Shown: piece by piece, positions 8,008-16,500 of the stretch
Position numbering within the stretch: position 1 is the first letter of the stretch
Layout of the letters: each line of letters starts with the position of its first letter
Assembly: GCA_046046235.1 (NCBI GenBank)
Contig: JBJOKF010000155.1
Coordinates: 3,947 to 67,946, forward strand
Origin: Planctomycetota bacterium
GTDB lineage: Bacteria > Planctomycetota > Planctomycetia > Pirellulales > UBA1268
Direction of reading: 5' to 3'
Length of the DNA: 64,000 nt
Made by a program: the position numbers and the translations under genes
Notes under the pieces: model-generated
What the model was told of the DNA's origin: nothing
What the model saw: the letters and a program-made list of their open reading frames with translations, nothing else
Databases searched by the model: none

Positions 8008-9792
8008 ATGATCCCGACCGACGCCATCACGCAGCCCGCCCTCTGGCCGCTCTCGATCATCGTCTTCCTGCCGGCGCTTGCCGCGGCCGTCCTCGCCCTG
8101 CCGATCGTCCCCAAGGCACGGGAGGACTTCATCCGTTGGACGACGCTGCTCACCACGGCGGTCGTGTTCGTGCTGTCGCTCTGGATGGCCGTGCCGTGGC
8201 TCTTCGGCGCCGCGGGGCCGGCGCAGTTCCGCCTCGGCGACCCGGCCATGCAGGCGGTGGTGAAGCTCCCTTGGATTCCGTCCTTCGGGATCGAATATCT
8301 GCTTGGTGTGGACGGCATCAGCCTGCCGTTGGTCGTGCTGACGACCTTTCTCTCCATGCTCGCCGCGGCGGCGAGTTGGCCGATCTCCAAGCACGTGAAA
8401 GCCTACCACGTGCTCTTCCTGCTCCTCGTCACGGGCATGCTGGGAGTGTTCGTCTCCCTGGATCTCTTCCTGTTCTACGTCTTCTGGGAGGTGATGCTTC
8501 TGCCGATGTATTTCCTCATCGGCATCTGGGGAGGCCCGCGCCGCGAGTACGCCGCGATCAAGTTCTTCCTCTACACGTTGCTCGGCAGCGTGCTGATGCT
8601 GCTGGCGATCCTGATGCTCTACTTCACGAGCGACCTGCGCCTGCTCTCCGACGAGCAGTTGCTGGCATCGCACGCGGTGAGCCCGGCGCTGGACGGCGCC
8701 GCCCGCTCCGGCGCCGTCGACGCGATCCGGTCGGCGGCCCGGCCGGTGCACACGTTCAACATCATGGCTCTGGCCCAGATCGGACAGTTGCCGAACTCGC
8801 CGTTCGCCACCTCGCAAGTGTGGGGCATGAACCTCGAGACGTGGGCCTTCCTGCTCCTGCTCGTCGGCTTCGTCATCAAGGTGCCGGTGGTCCCGGTGCA
8901 CACGTGGCTCCCCGACGCCCACGTCGAGGCGCCGACGCCCATCTCGATGATCCTCGCCGGCGTGCTCCTCAAGCTCGGCGGCTACGGCATCCTGCGAATC
9001 TGCTATCCGATCTGCCCCGGGGCTGGTCTCTCGCTCGCCTGGCTGGTCTGCGGGCTCGGCGTGATCTCGATGGTGTACGGGGCCTTCGCGGCGCTGGCAC
9101 AGAAGGACTTCAAGCGCATGGTGGCCTACAGCTCCGTGAGCCACATGGGGTACGTGATGCTGGGACTGGGCGTCTGGAGCGCGGTGGCCGGACAGCAGTA
9201 CCGTTGGGATTCCTGGGCGCAGGGGGTCAATGGCGCGATGTTCCAGATGCTGGCCCATGGCATCTCCTCGGCCGGGATGTTCTTCATGGTCGGCGTGCTG
9301 TACGACCGCGTGCATCACCGCAACCTCGAGGAGTTCGGCGGCATCTTCGGCCGCATGCCGGTCTACAGTGGCCTGGCGATCGCCCTGTTTTTCGCCGGCT
9401 TGGGTCTGCCCGGCCTGTGCGGCTTCATCGGCGAGGTGATGGTGACGCTCTCGAGCTGGAACTTCAGCCGCGGCTTGGCGGCGGTTTCGGCGTTCACCGT
9501 GATCCTGACGGCGGCCTACATTCTCTGGGCGATCCAGCGGGTGTACCTGGGGGCCGAGTACAAGGGCCCGCATGGTGACCACCTCACGCCGATCACGCCC
9601 CGGGAGCTGGCGATCGCGACGCCGCTGGTCTTCTTCGCCATTCTGTTCGGCGTGGCGCCGCAGCTGCTCTTCAACTATGTCACGCCCACGGTGAACCGGC
9701 AGGTGGAGACGCTGGCCGACTGGACGCGAACCGTCCACGACGCGCCCGCGGCCCGCGCGGTGGCCGTCGCCGGCGACGCCGCGTCCCGGTAG
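8008..9792 (+). CDS. nuoM: NADH-quinone oxidoreductase subunit M
   Basis: ND4 signatures VPVHTWLPDAHVEAPTPISMILAGVLLKLGGYG and VAYSSVSHMGYVMLG. 594 aa. Confidence 0.95.
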   Translation: MIPTDAITQPALWPLSIIVFLPALAAAVLALPIVPKAREDFIRWTTLLTTAVVFVLSLWMAVPWLFGAAGPAQFRLGDPAMQAVVKLPWIPSFGIEYLLGVDGISLPLVVLTTFLSMLAAAASWPISKHVKAYHVLFLLLVTGMLGVFVSLDLFLFYVFWEVMLLPMYFLIGIWGGPRREYAAIKFFLYTLLGSVLMLLAILMLYFTSDLRLLSDEQLLASHAVSPALDGAARSGAVDAIRSAARPVHTFNIMALAQIGQLPNSPFATSQVWGMNLETWAFLLLLVGFVIKVPVVPVHTWLPDAHVEAPTPISMILAGVLLKLGGYGILRICYPICPGAGLSLAWLVCGLGVISMVYGAFAALAQKDFKRMVAYSSVSHMGYVMLGLGVWSAVAGQQYRWDSWAQGVNGAMFQMLAHGISSAGMFFMVGVLYDRVHHRNLEEFGGIFGRMPVYSGLAIALFFAGLGLPGLCGFIGEVMVTLSSWNFSRGLAAVSAFTVILTAAYILWAIQRVYLGAEYKGPHGDHLTPITPRELAIATPLVFFAILFGVAPQLLFNYVTPTVNRQVETLADWTRTVHDAPAARAVAVAGDAASR

Positions 9793-9818
9793 CGGTCCGA
9801 CCTCCAAGGAACCCGATC

Positions 9819-11474
9819 GTGAATCTCGGATCGCTCATCACCGGCGCCCTCAACGACACGCTGGCCGTGTCGCTGCCGCTGTTCCGTGCCGAAGCGGCCC
9901 TCGCTGCCACCGTCGTGCTCCTGCTGCTGTGCCGCATGTTGCCGGTGCTGCGGAGGCTCGACTCGGGCCTCGTCGCCTTCGGCGGCGTCTGCTTCGCCCT
10001 CTGGTATGCCTGGGCCGATTTGCGGGCGCTGCCGGCCGCCGGGCTGGCGGCCACGGGAACGACTCGGCAGGAGCTGTTCGGCGGGCTGCTCGTCTTCGAC
10101 TCGCTGACGGCGTATCTGCGGCTGGTGCTGACCGGGTTTCTCGCCCTGTACATCCCCTTCACGAAGGCCACGGGCATCCCCGACCGGGAGGACGGCGCCG
10201 ACTTCTACGCGCTGGTGATCGGGGCGACCCTCGGCATGTGCCTGATGGCCTCGGCCAATCACCTGCTCATGGTGTTCATGGCGGTGGAGATGGCCAGTGT
10301 CCCGTCGTACGCGCTCGCCGGGCTGCTCAAGGGCCGGAAGGCGAGCTCCGAGGCGGCGCTCAAGTACGCCGTGTATGGCGCCGGTGCCGCCGGCATCATG
10401 CTCTACGGCATCAGCCTTCTGGGCGGCGTGCTCGGCACCTGCCACCTGCCGAGCATGGCGGCGGCGCTGTCCCGCACCGTCGACGGCGGCGCGGCCACCG
10501 GCAGTGTCATGGTGCTCGCGCTCGGCGGGCTGATGGTGGCGGTCGGACTCGCGTTCAAGCTTTCCGCGGTGCCATTCCACTTCTGGTGCCCCGACGTGTT
10601 CGAGGGGGCCGCGGCCGAGGTCGGGGCCTTCCTGTCGGTGGCCAGCAAGGCGGCGGCGGTCGCGCTGCTCGTGCGCGTGGCGTTCGGAGTGGGAGTTCCC
10701 GTCACGGGAACCGGCGTGGCTGCGGGAGTCGGTGCGGTCGGCGCCGTGGGCCTCGACGGTCTCGCCTCCACCAGGCACTTCATGGCCTGCCTGATCGGTC
10801 TGATGGCGGCGGTCACATGCACGTTGGGCAACCTCGCCGCCTACGGACAGACGAACATGAAGCGGCTGCTGGCCTACTCCACGATCGCCCATGCGGGTTA
10901 CCTGATGATGGCCGTGGCGGCTGCGGTCGCCCTCGCGGGCCGCGACCCCGCCGCCGCCCGCGATGCTGTCAGTGCGGTGGCGTTCTATCTTGGCACCTAT
11001 CTGTTCATGAACCTGGGCGCGTTCGCGATCGTCGCGGTGCTGCGTAACAGGCTGCGGAGCGAGGAGATCGCCTCCTACGCGGGCTTGGTGCGGACGAGCC
11101 CCGGGATCGTCGTCGCCACGGCGGTGGTGCTCGTGAGCCTGATCGGGCTGCCGCCGCTGGCCGGATTCGTGGCCAAGTTCCTCGTGTTCTCGTCGCTCGT
11201 CCAGGCGGCGACCGCCGGCGCCGAGCGGCCGCTCATGCTCGCACTGCTCGTGGTCGGCGGTCTCAACACCGTGCTCAGCCTCTTCTACTACCTGCGGGTG
11301 CTCAAGGTCATGACCTTCGACCCGCCGCCGGCGGACCGTCCTGGCGGCGACTTCTCGCTCGTGTCGCTGCCGGGTGCGGTCGTCACGGCCTTGGTCGTGC
11401 CGGTCGTCGTGCTGGGCCTGTTCTGGTCTGGCCTCTACGCCTACGCCCAACTGGCCGGCACCTTCGCCAGCTGA
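9819..11474 (+). CDS. nuoN: NADH-quinone oxidoreductase subunit N
   Basis: ND2 signatures KLSAVPFHFWCPDVFEGAAAEV and LLAYSTIAHAGYLMM. GTG start with AAGGA about 9 nt upstream. Confidence 0.93.
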   Translation: MNLGSLITGALNDTLAVSLPLFRAEAALAATVVLLLLCRMLPVLRRLDSGLVAFGGVCFALWYAWADLRALPAAGLAATGTTRQELFGGLLVFDSLTAYLRLVLTGFLALYIPFTKATGIPDREDGADFYALVIGATLGMCLMASANHLLMVFMAVEMASVPSYALAGLLKGRKASSEAALKYAVYGAGAAGIMLYGISLLGGVLGTCHLPSMAAALSRTVDGGAATGSVMVLALGGLMVAVGLAFKLSAVPFHFWCPDVFEGAAAEVGAFLSVASKAAAVALLVRVAFGVGVPVTGTGVAAGVGAVGAVGLDGLASTRHFMACLIGLMAAVTCTLGNLAAYGQTNMKRLLAYSTIAHAGYLMMAVAAAVALAGRDPAAARDAVSAVAFYLGTYLFMNLGAFAIVAVLRNRLRSEEIASYAGLVRTSPGIVVATAVVLVSLIGLPPLAGFVAKFLVFSSLVQAATAGAERPLMLALLVVGGLNTVLSLFYYLRVLKVMTFDPPPADRPGGDFSLVSLPGAVVTALVVPVVVLGLFWSGLYAYAQLAGTFAS

Positions 11475-11506
11475 CATCGCCCTCGTCCCCGCGCTGCTTT
11501 ACCGCC

Positions 11507-11920
11507 ATGCCATCGACCGATCCGCTGTCGCGACTCCTCGCCGTGCTCCAGCCCTCGCTGGCGATGTACCTGGCAGACTCCGGGATCTGGAGCCATCCCG
11601 GGAAAGAGGCGACCAAGCTGGCGCTGGCCGACCTGGTCGATGACCACCGCAGCCTCATCGAGCGGGCGGGCTCGGCGCTCGAGGACCGGGGCATCGTGCC
11701 GTCCGCGCCCGCCTATCCGATCGCGTTCACCGGCTCCCACGACGTGGACATTCAGTCGCTGGTTCCCCGGGTGCTCGAGGGACTGCGGAAGCAGGTTGGC
11801 GACCTGGCTGCGATCCTCGAGTCGGGGCAGGGCGACGACGTGGCGCTGGCACTCGCCCGCGAGGCCAAGACCTCGTCCGAGCAGCACCTCGACGCGCTTG
11901 CGCAGGCGGCGGCCCGCTAG
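11507..11920 (+). CDS. Hypothetical soluble protein (137 aa) immediately downstream of nuoN
   Basis: ATG-initiated ORF 32 nt after the nuoN stop on the same strand, with normal (not Arg/Pro-biased) composition. I recognise no motif. Confidence 0.55.
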   Translation: MPSTDPLSRLLAVLQPSLAMYLADSGIWSHPGKEATKLALADLVDDHRSLIERAGSALEDRGIVPSAPAYPIAFTGSHDVDIQSLVPRVLEGLRKQVGDLAAILESGQGDDVALALAREAKTSSEQHLDALAQAAAR

Positions 11921-11935
11921 TCGGCCGGCCCCGAC

Positions 11936-12709
11936 ATGGACTTCTTCGACAGCCACTGCCACCTCGACCCGATGCGGTACGGCGAGGATCTCTCCCAGGT
12001 TCTCGCGCGGGCCCGCGCCGCGGGAATCGTCGGCATGACGGTGATCGGCACGCGCGCCGCCGACAGCGAGGCCGCAGCGGCGCTCGCGGGCCAGGAGCCG
12101 GAGGTCGTCGCCGCCGCCGGCATCCACCCCAACGACGTGGCGGAGGCGGAGACGGACGAGTGGGATCGTGTCACCCGGCTCGTGGCGTCCGGCCGGGTCG
12201 GGGCCGTCGGGGAGACGGGGCTTGATTGGTATCGCGACACCGCCCCCCGCGAGTTGCAGCGGGATTTCTTCGACCGCCACATCCGCCTCGCGCAGAGCCT
12301 CGCTCTGCCGCTCGTCGTGCATACCCGCGAGAGCATCCCCGACGTGCTCGGCATGCTCCGCGAGGCGGTCGGCCGCGGACCACTGTCCGTCGTGCTCCAC
12401 GCCTTCACCGGCACGGTCGAGGAGGCGGCGGAGGCGGTCGAACTGGGCTGCTGCCTGGGCTTCGCCGGAATGGTCACCTTCCGCTCGGCTGCCGAACTGC
12501 GGGGCGTGGCGGCGACCGTGCCCGCGGATCGGCTCCTGATCGAGACCGACAGCCCTTTCCTGTCCCCCGAGCCGCTGCGGGGCCGCCGCAACGAACCGGC
12601 GCACGTGGTGCACACCGCCCGGTGTCTGGCGATCGCCCGGGGTGAGCCGCTCGAACGACTCGCCGCCACCACCACCGCCAACGCCCGGCGGGTGTTTTGC
12701 CGGAGGTGA
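11936..12709 (+). CDS. tatD: TatD-family metal-dependent hydrolase/DNase
   Basis: N-terminal FFDSHCHLD, then GETGLDWYRD, VVHTRES and ETDSPFLSP, the TatD metal-ligand motifs. Confidence 0.9.
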   Translation: MDFFDSHCHLDPMRYGEDLSQVLARARAAGIVGMTVIGTRAADSEAAAALAGQEPEVVAAAGIHPNDVAEAETDEWDRVTRLVASGRVGAVGETGLDWYRDTAPRELQRDFFDRHIRLAQSLALPLVVHTRESIPDVLGMLREAVGRGPLSVVLHAFTGTVEEAAEAVELGCCLGFAGMVTFRSAAELRGVAATVPADRLLIETDSPFLSPEPLRGRRNEPAHVVHTARCLAIARGEPLERLAATTTANARRVFCRR

Positions 12710-12772
12710 TCGGGGTAGGATGTGGCCGCGTGTGGCTCCAATCCCACCCTCCGCATCCCGAGGAGATCCGCC

Positions 12773-13354
12773 ATGGTTCGCACTCCCAGCACCATGCTGC
12801 CGTTGGGCACGCCAGCCCCCGACTTCGAGCTGCCCAACGTCGACGGCCGTCTCGTGACCCTCGCCGACGCCGCCGGCCCGCGGGGCACGCTCGTCATGTT
12901 CATCTGTAATCACTGCCCGTTCGTGAAGCACGTGGCGGACGAGCTCGCGAGGCTGGGCAGGGACGTCATGCCCAGCGGCGTCGGCGTCGTCGCCATCAGC
13001 TCCAACGACGTTTCCAGCCATCCGGCCGACTCTCCCGAGCAGATGGTGCGGGAGGCCGAGGAACGCGGCTATCCGTTTCCGTATCTCTACGACGCCACGC
13101 AGAATGTCGCGAAGGCGTATCGGGCCGCGTGCACGCCCGATTTCTTCCTCTTCGACGCGGGCAAGCGGCTCGTCTATCGAGGACAGCTCGATGCGAGCCG
13201 GCCCGGCAACGACATGCCCGTCACGGGGGGCGATTTGCGGGCCGCGATCGAGGCGGTGCTCGCCGGCCGGCCGGTCGCCGCCGAGCAGACGCCGAGCATC
13301 GGCTGCAACATCAAGTGGAAGGCGGGGCAGGCGCCCGACTACTTCCACGTCTGA
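12773..13354 (+). CDS. Thioredoxin-fold / peroxiredoxin-like protein (CxxC)
   Basis: PAPDFELPNVDG...LVMFICNHCPFV (CNHC redox motif) and C-terminal IGCNIKWK. The start was moved to ATG 12773, which has AGGAGA 6 nt upstream; the track ORF starts at GTG 12722. Confidence 0.8.
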   Translation: MVRTPSTMLPLGTPAPDFELPNVDGRLVTLADAAGPRGTLVMFICNHCPFVKHVADELARLGRDVMPSGVGVVAISSNDVSSHPADSPEQMVREAEERGYPFPYLYDATQNVAKAYRAACTPDFFLFDAGKRLVYRGQLDASRPGNDMPVTGGDLRAAIEAVLAGRPVAAEQTPSIGCNIKWKAGQAPDYFHV

Positions 13355-13363
13355 CGGCGGCTC

Positions 13364-13633
13364 TCAGCGGCGGGGGCCTTCCGGAGGACGGGCCGGGCCG
13401 CTCGCATCGCGGCCGGCGAACTTCCCGATGTTCTGCGTGTCGCCCGGCTCGAGCCGTGAAGCCCGCAGGTTCTCCCGCTGGATCGCCTCGTACACCTCCT
13501 GCCGATGCACGGGAATCTCGGCGGGAGCATTGATGCCCAGGCGGACCTTGTCTCCCCGGATATCCACGATCGTGACGACGATGGTGTCGCCGATCATGAT
13601 GCTTTCGTCACGTTGTCTGGAGAGCACGAGCAT
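13364..13633 (-). CDS. csrA: Carbon storage regulator CsrA (RNA-binding), with a long C-terminal tail
   Basis: MLVLSRQRDESIMIGD...VRLGINAPAEIPVHRQEVYEAIQREN is the canonical CsrA fold sequence. AGGAAGGAA lies upstream of the ATG. Confidence 0.93.
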   Translation of the reverse strand: MLVLSRQRDESIMIGDTIVVTIVDIRGDKVRLGINAPAEIPVHRQEVYEAIQRENLRASRLEPGDTQNIGKFAGRDASGPARPPEGPRR

Positions 13634-13692
13634 CGCTGGTTCCTTCCTGGTCCTTTCGTGGAGCCGACGGTCCTCTGTCGGTGGCTCTTGGA

Positions 13693-14133
13693 TTATGCGC
13701 TCTTTTTGAGTGCAGGTCGGGGGCTTCCGAGTTCATACCGCATCGGGAGGTCGCCGCTGGCGACGACCTGACGGCCCGTGCGGGCTTCGAGGTTGATGAC
13801 GATGGGCGCCTTGAGATTGAGCGCGAGGCCCGTGTCGGTTTTGCCGACCACGACCACCACCTGCGCCTGCCGCATGTCGGCGAGCGTCAGCGGCGTGAGT
13901 TCACTGCGGGGAATGCGGACCTGGTAGTCCGGCACGAACCGGCGGGGGCTCACCACCGCCAGCGCGACGTCGCCCCGGGTCGTGCTCTGCAGCCAGCCGA
14001 GGGCGTCGTTGTCGGCGTCCGCGAGGAGCGCCCAATCGCGGCAGTCCTCGAGCCCCGGCAGTCCGCTGGGAAAGTGGAGGATGTCCGCCGGGTCGACGTC
14101 GATCCGCCCAAACCTGGTCGTGCTGATCCGCAT
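13693..14133 (-). CDS. fliW: Flagellar assembly factor FliW (CsrA antagonist)
   Basis: ILHFPSGLPGLEDCRDWALL...VNLKAPIVINLE matches the FliW family pattern. Sits directly upstream of csrA on the same strand, with AAGGAG 7 nt upstream of the ATG. Confidence 0.85.
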   Translation of the reverse strand: MRISTTRFGRIDVDPADILHFPSGLPGLEDCRDWALLADADNDALGWLQSTTRGDVALAVVSPRRFVPDYQVRIPRSELTPLTLADMRQAQVVVVVGKTDTGLALNLKAPIVINLEARTGRQVVASGDLPMRYELGSPRPALKKSA

Positions 14134-14402
14134 GATGGGGCACTCCTTCGCCTCGGTTCCTCACGGCGACCACTCGGCCGCCCAGACTCATCTTCGCCCC
14201 ATAGAGATCGGCAGACGGGGTGGTTCAGGTTGAAGAAACACGTCTGGAGAAAATAGATCGGTTCAGAAGTCCTTGCTGGCAGGGAGCTTGGGGGCAAGAG
14301 GGTGGTCTGTGCGGCGTGGGGCGGCATGCCTGTCCATCCGTTACATTCTGCAGATCCGGCATCGAGACCGGTTTCTTCCCCATCGCGTTGGAGAGTTCGG
14401 GC

Positions 14403-15131
14403 ATGCTCCGTCGTCGCCGTGTTTTTTCGCTGCTGCCGTCGGGACTCATCGTCGCGGCAGGATGCCTGTCAGGGGAGTACGACAAGGAGTTCGCCGCCAG
14501 CCTCGACCGCCACCGGCAGGAGGCGGCGTTTCAGCAGCTCGTTCCCGCGGCCCAGGAGATCGCCGGCGGCAGATTGATGATCCGGCCGCCGAGAGCCTTG
14601 AAGGATCAGGATGATGGGTGCGTACAGCCCTGGGCGAAGCCGCCGTTTCTGGCCACGTTGCCCGGCTTCACCGTGGCGTACGGCCTGGCCATGGCGGAGG
14701 AGCCCAAGGTGCATGCCACGCTGTCTGTGGCCGTACCGACGGACAAGGACAGCGGTCTCGAGGATCTGAAGAAATCGATCCTGCAGCAGGTGCAGACCGC
14801 GCCGGCCTTCGCCAAGGCGAAGCCGTCTTGGGCGCCCGCCGAGGGGCTGCCCGGGGGCGGTCCGCAATGGTCGGTGCTGTCGCTGCCCGGCAAGCAGCCC
14901 TTCGTGCATGTGAAGGACGACAAGCCGGCCACGACCGACCTCGAGGGCGAGACGCAGATCTGGCTCGCAGCTGACACCGCGACGAAGGCGGCGGCGATCC
15001 TGGTCTGGCGGGTGCCTCAGGCGGCGGCGGGGGGCGTGGCGCTGAACGAACTGGCGCCGCTGGTCGCCCGCAAGGTGGAGTTCCGAGCGGTGGCCGAGCC
15101 TGCCGCAGCCGCCCAGTCGGCGGCCCAGTGA
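14403..15131 (+). CDS. Hypothetical lipoprotein
   Basis: N-terminus MLRRRRVFSLLPSGLIVAAGC has a lipobox-like signal (L-x-x-C). GGAGAG upstream of ATG 14403. The longer track ORF (from 14220) was trimmed. Confidence 0.6.
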   Translation: MLRRRRVFSLLPSGLIVAAGCLSGEYDKEFAASLDRHRQEAAFQQLVPAAQEIAGGRLMIRPPRALKDQDDGCVQPWAKPPFLATLPGFTVAYGLAMAEEPKVHATLSVAVPTDKDSGLEDLKKSILQQVQTAPAFAKAKPSWAPAEGLPGGGPQWSVLSLPGKQPFVHVKDDKPATTDLEGETQIWLAADTATKAAAILVWRVPQAAAGGVALNELAPLVARKVEFRAVAEPAAAAQSAAQ

Positions 15132-15168
15132 CGCGCGGCTCCCTGCCCCGAGCTGACGCGGCAGCGGC

Positions 15169-16299
15169 TCACTGCCACATCGGCTGGGCGGTCCACGAGG
15201 CGAGCGGCGCGAGGATCAAGAGCGGGGCCCAGGCGCCGATCGACGGGCTGATGACGTAGGCCGCGGCGAGGGCGTGGGAGCCGAGGATCACGAGGAAGAA
15301 GACGACGGCCGAAAGCACGCACAGGCCGACCGCCACGAAGATGCCGCGGCGGCTGGGGCCGACGACGAGCGGAATGCCCAGCAGCGCCAGCGACATGTCG
15401 AGCAGCGGCGCGACCAGGCGGGCGTGGACGCGGAGAGGAATCTCCGCCCCCACGCCGAGGCTCGGGTTGGCGATGGCCCGCACCAGTTCCACGGTCGAGG
15501 AATACTGCCCCCAGTTCGCCGAGCCGATCAGCTGCTCGAACGTCACGTCGCTCGCCACGAAGCACTCTCCGGGCGCCAGCCAGTCGGCGGCCGCCCGCGT
15601 GAGCACGACCGCCCGGCCGCCGGCCTCGAGAGGCTGCAGCCGGTCGATGTCGGCCGGCTCTCGGACACGGCAGAGGAGATAGCCCGCCGGATGGTCGGCG
15701 TCGGCCGGCTTCCAGAACGCCTCGGCGGCGTCGATCTGCGGGCCGTAGTCGGAGAGCGTGGGGGGCATCAGCAGGCTCGGTGCTTCGATGCGGAACTGGG
15801 CATGCTGGGCCGAGCGGCCCCGGAAGAGAATCTCCGTTTCGTGGTCGTAGCGGGCCTCGAACGGATGATTGGCATCGCCCCGGAGATCCTGGGCGTTGCG
15901 GGTGAACTGATGCCGGATGCGCGGCAGCACCATTTCCCGGTTGGCCATCGCCAAGAGGCTCACTACGGCGGCGAACACGAGCGCGGGACGGGCGATCCGC
16001 CAGCGGGTCACACCGGCCGCCAGAAGGGCGGTGAGCTCGTTGTGTCGTTCGAGCCAGGACAGGGCGAACATGGCGCTGGCCAGCGAGATCACCGGGCTCG
16101 TCGCATCGAAGAAAGAGATCAGGCGGTAGCCGTAGTACGCCCCCAGCACCCGGGCCAGGCCGCCGGCCTCCGGGGCATGGGCGATGAACTCCTCGATGTT
16201 CGTGAACGCGTCCACCACGAAGGTGAGGCCGGCCAGGCTGATGAACACGATCAGGAAGGCGTGCAGCTGGGCGCGGGTGATGTAGCGGTCGATCAGCAT
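15169..16299 (-). CDS. LptF/LptG-family (YjgP/YjgQ) permease
   Basis: MLIDRYITRAQLHAFLIVFISLAGLTFVVD start typical of the family, multi-TM ends and a central periplasmic domain. Only the last 376 aa of the 625-aa track ORF are credible. Confidence 0.8.
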   Translation of the reverse strand: MLIDRYITRAQLHAFLIVFISLAGLTFVVDAFTNIEEFIAHAPEAGGLARVLGAYYGYRLISFFDATSPVISLASAMFALSWLERHNELTALLAAGVTRWRIARPALVFAAVVSLLAMANREMVLPRIRHQFTRNAQDLRGDANHPFEARYDHETEILFRGRSAQHAQFRIEAPSLLMPPTLSDYGPQIDAAEAFWKPADADHPAGYLLCRVREPADIDRLQPLEAGGRAVVLTRAAADWLAPGECFVASDVTFEQLIGSANWGQYSSTVELVRAIANPSLGVGAEIPLRVHARLVAPLLDMSLALLGIPLVVGPSRRGIFVAVGLCVLSAVVFFLVILGSHALAAAYVISPSIGAWAPLLILAPLASWTAQPMWQ

Positions 16300-16500
16300 G
16301 GCGACTGCGGATGCCGAGGGACCCGGCAGGGCCCGGCCAGGGGCGGCCGACGGGCGGGCCCGCCGGCGATGCGGTATGTTTTGCTGCACCTGTCGGCGGT
16401 GGCCGAGGCGGCCCGGGCGCCGACAGGCCTCCGGAACGTCGACAGGGCCGCGGAGAGTAGGGCCGTCGTCGAGGAGCGTCAATCTGGACCCGGACCAGCC

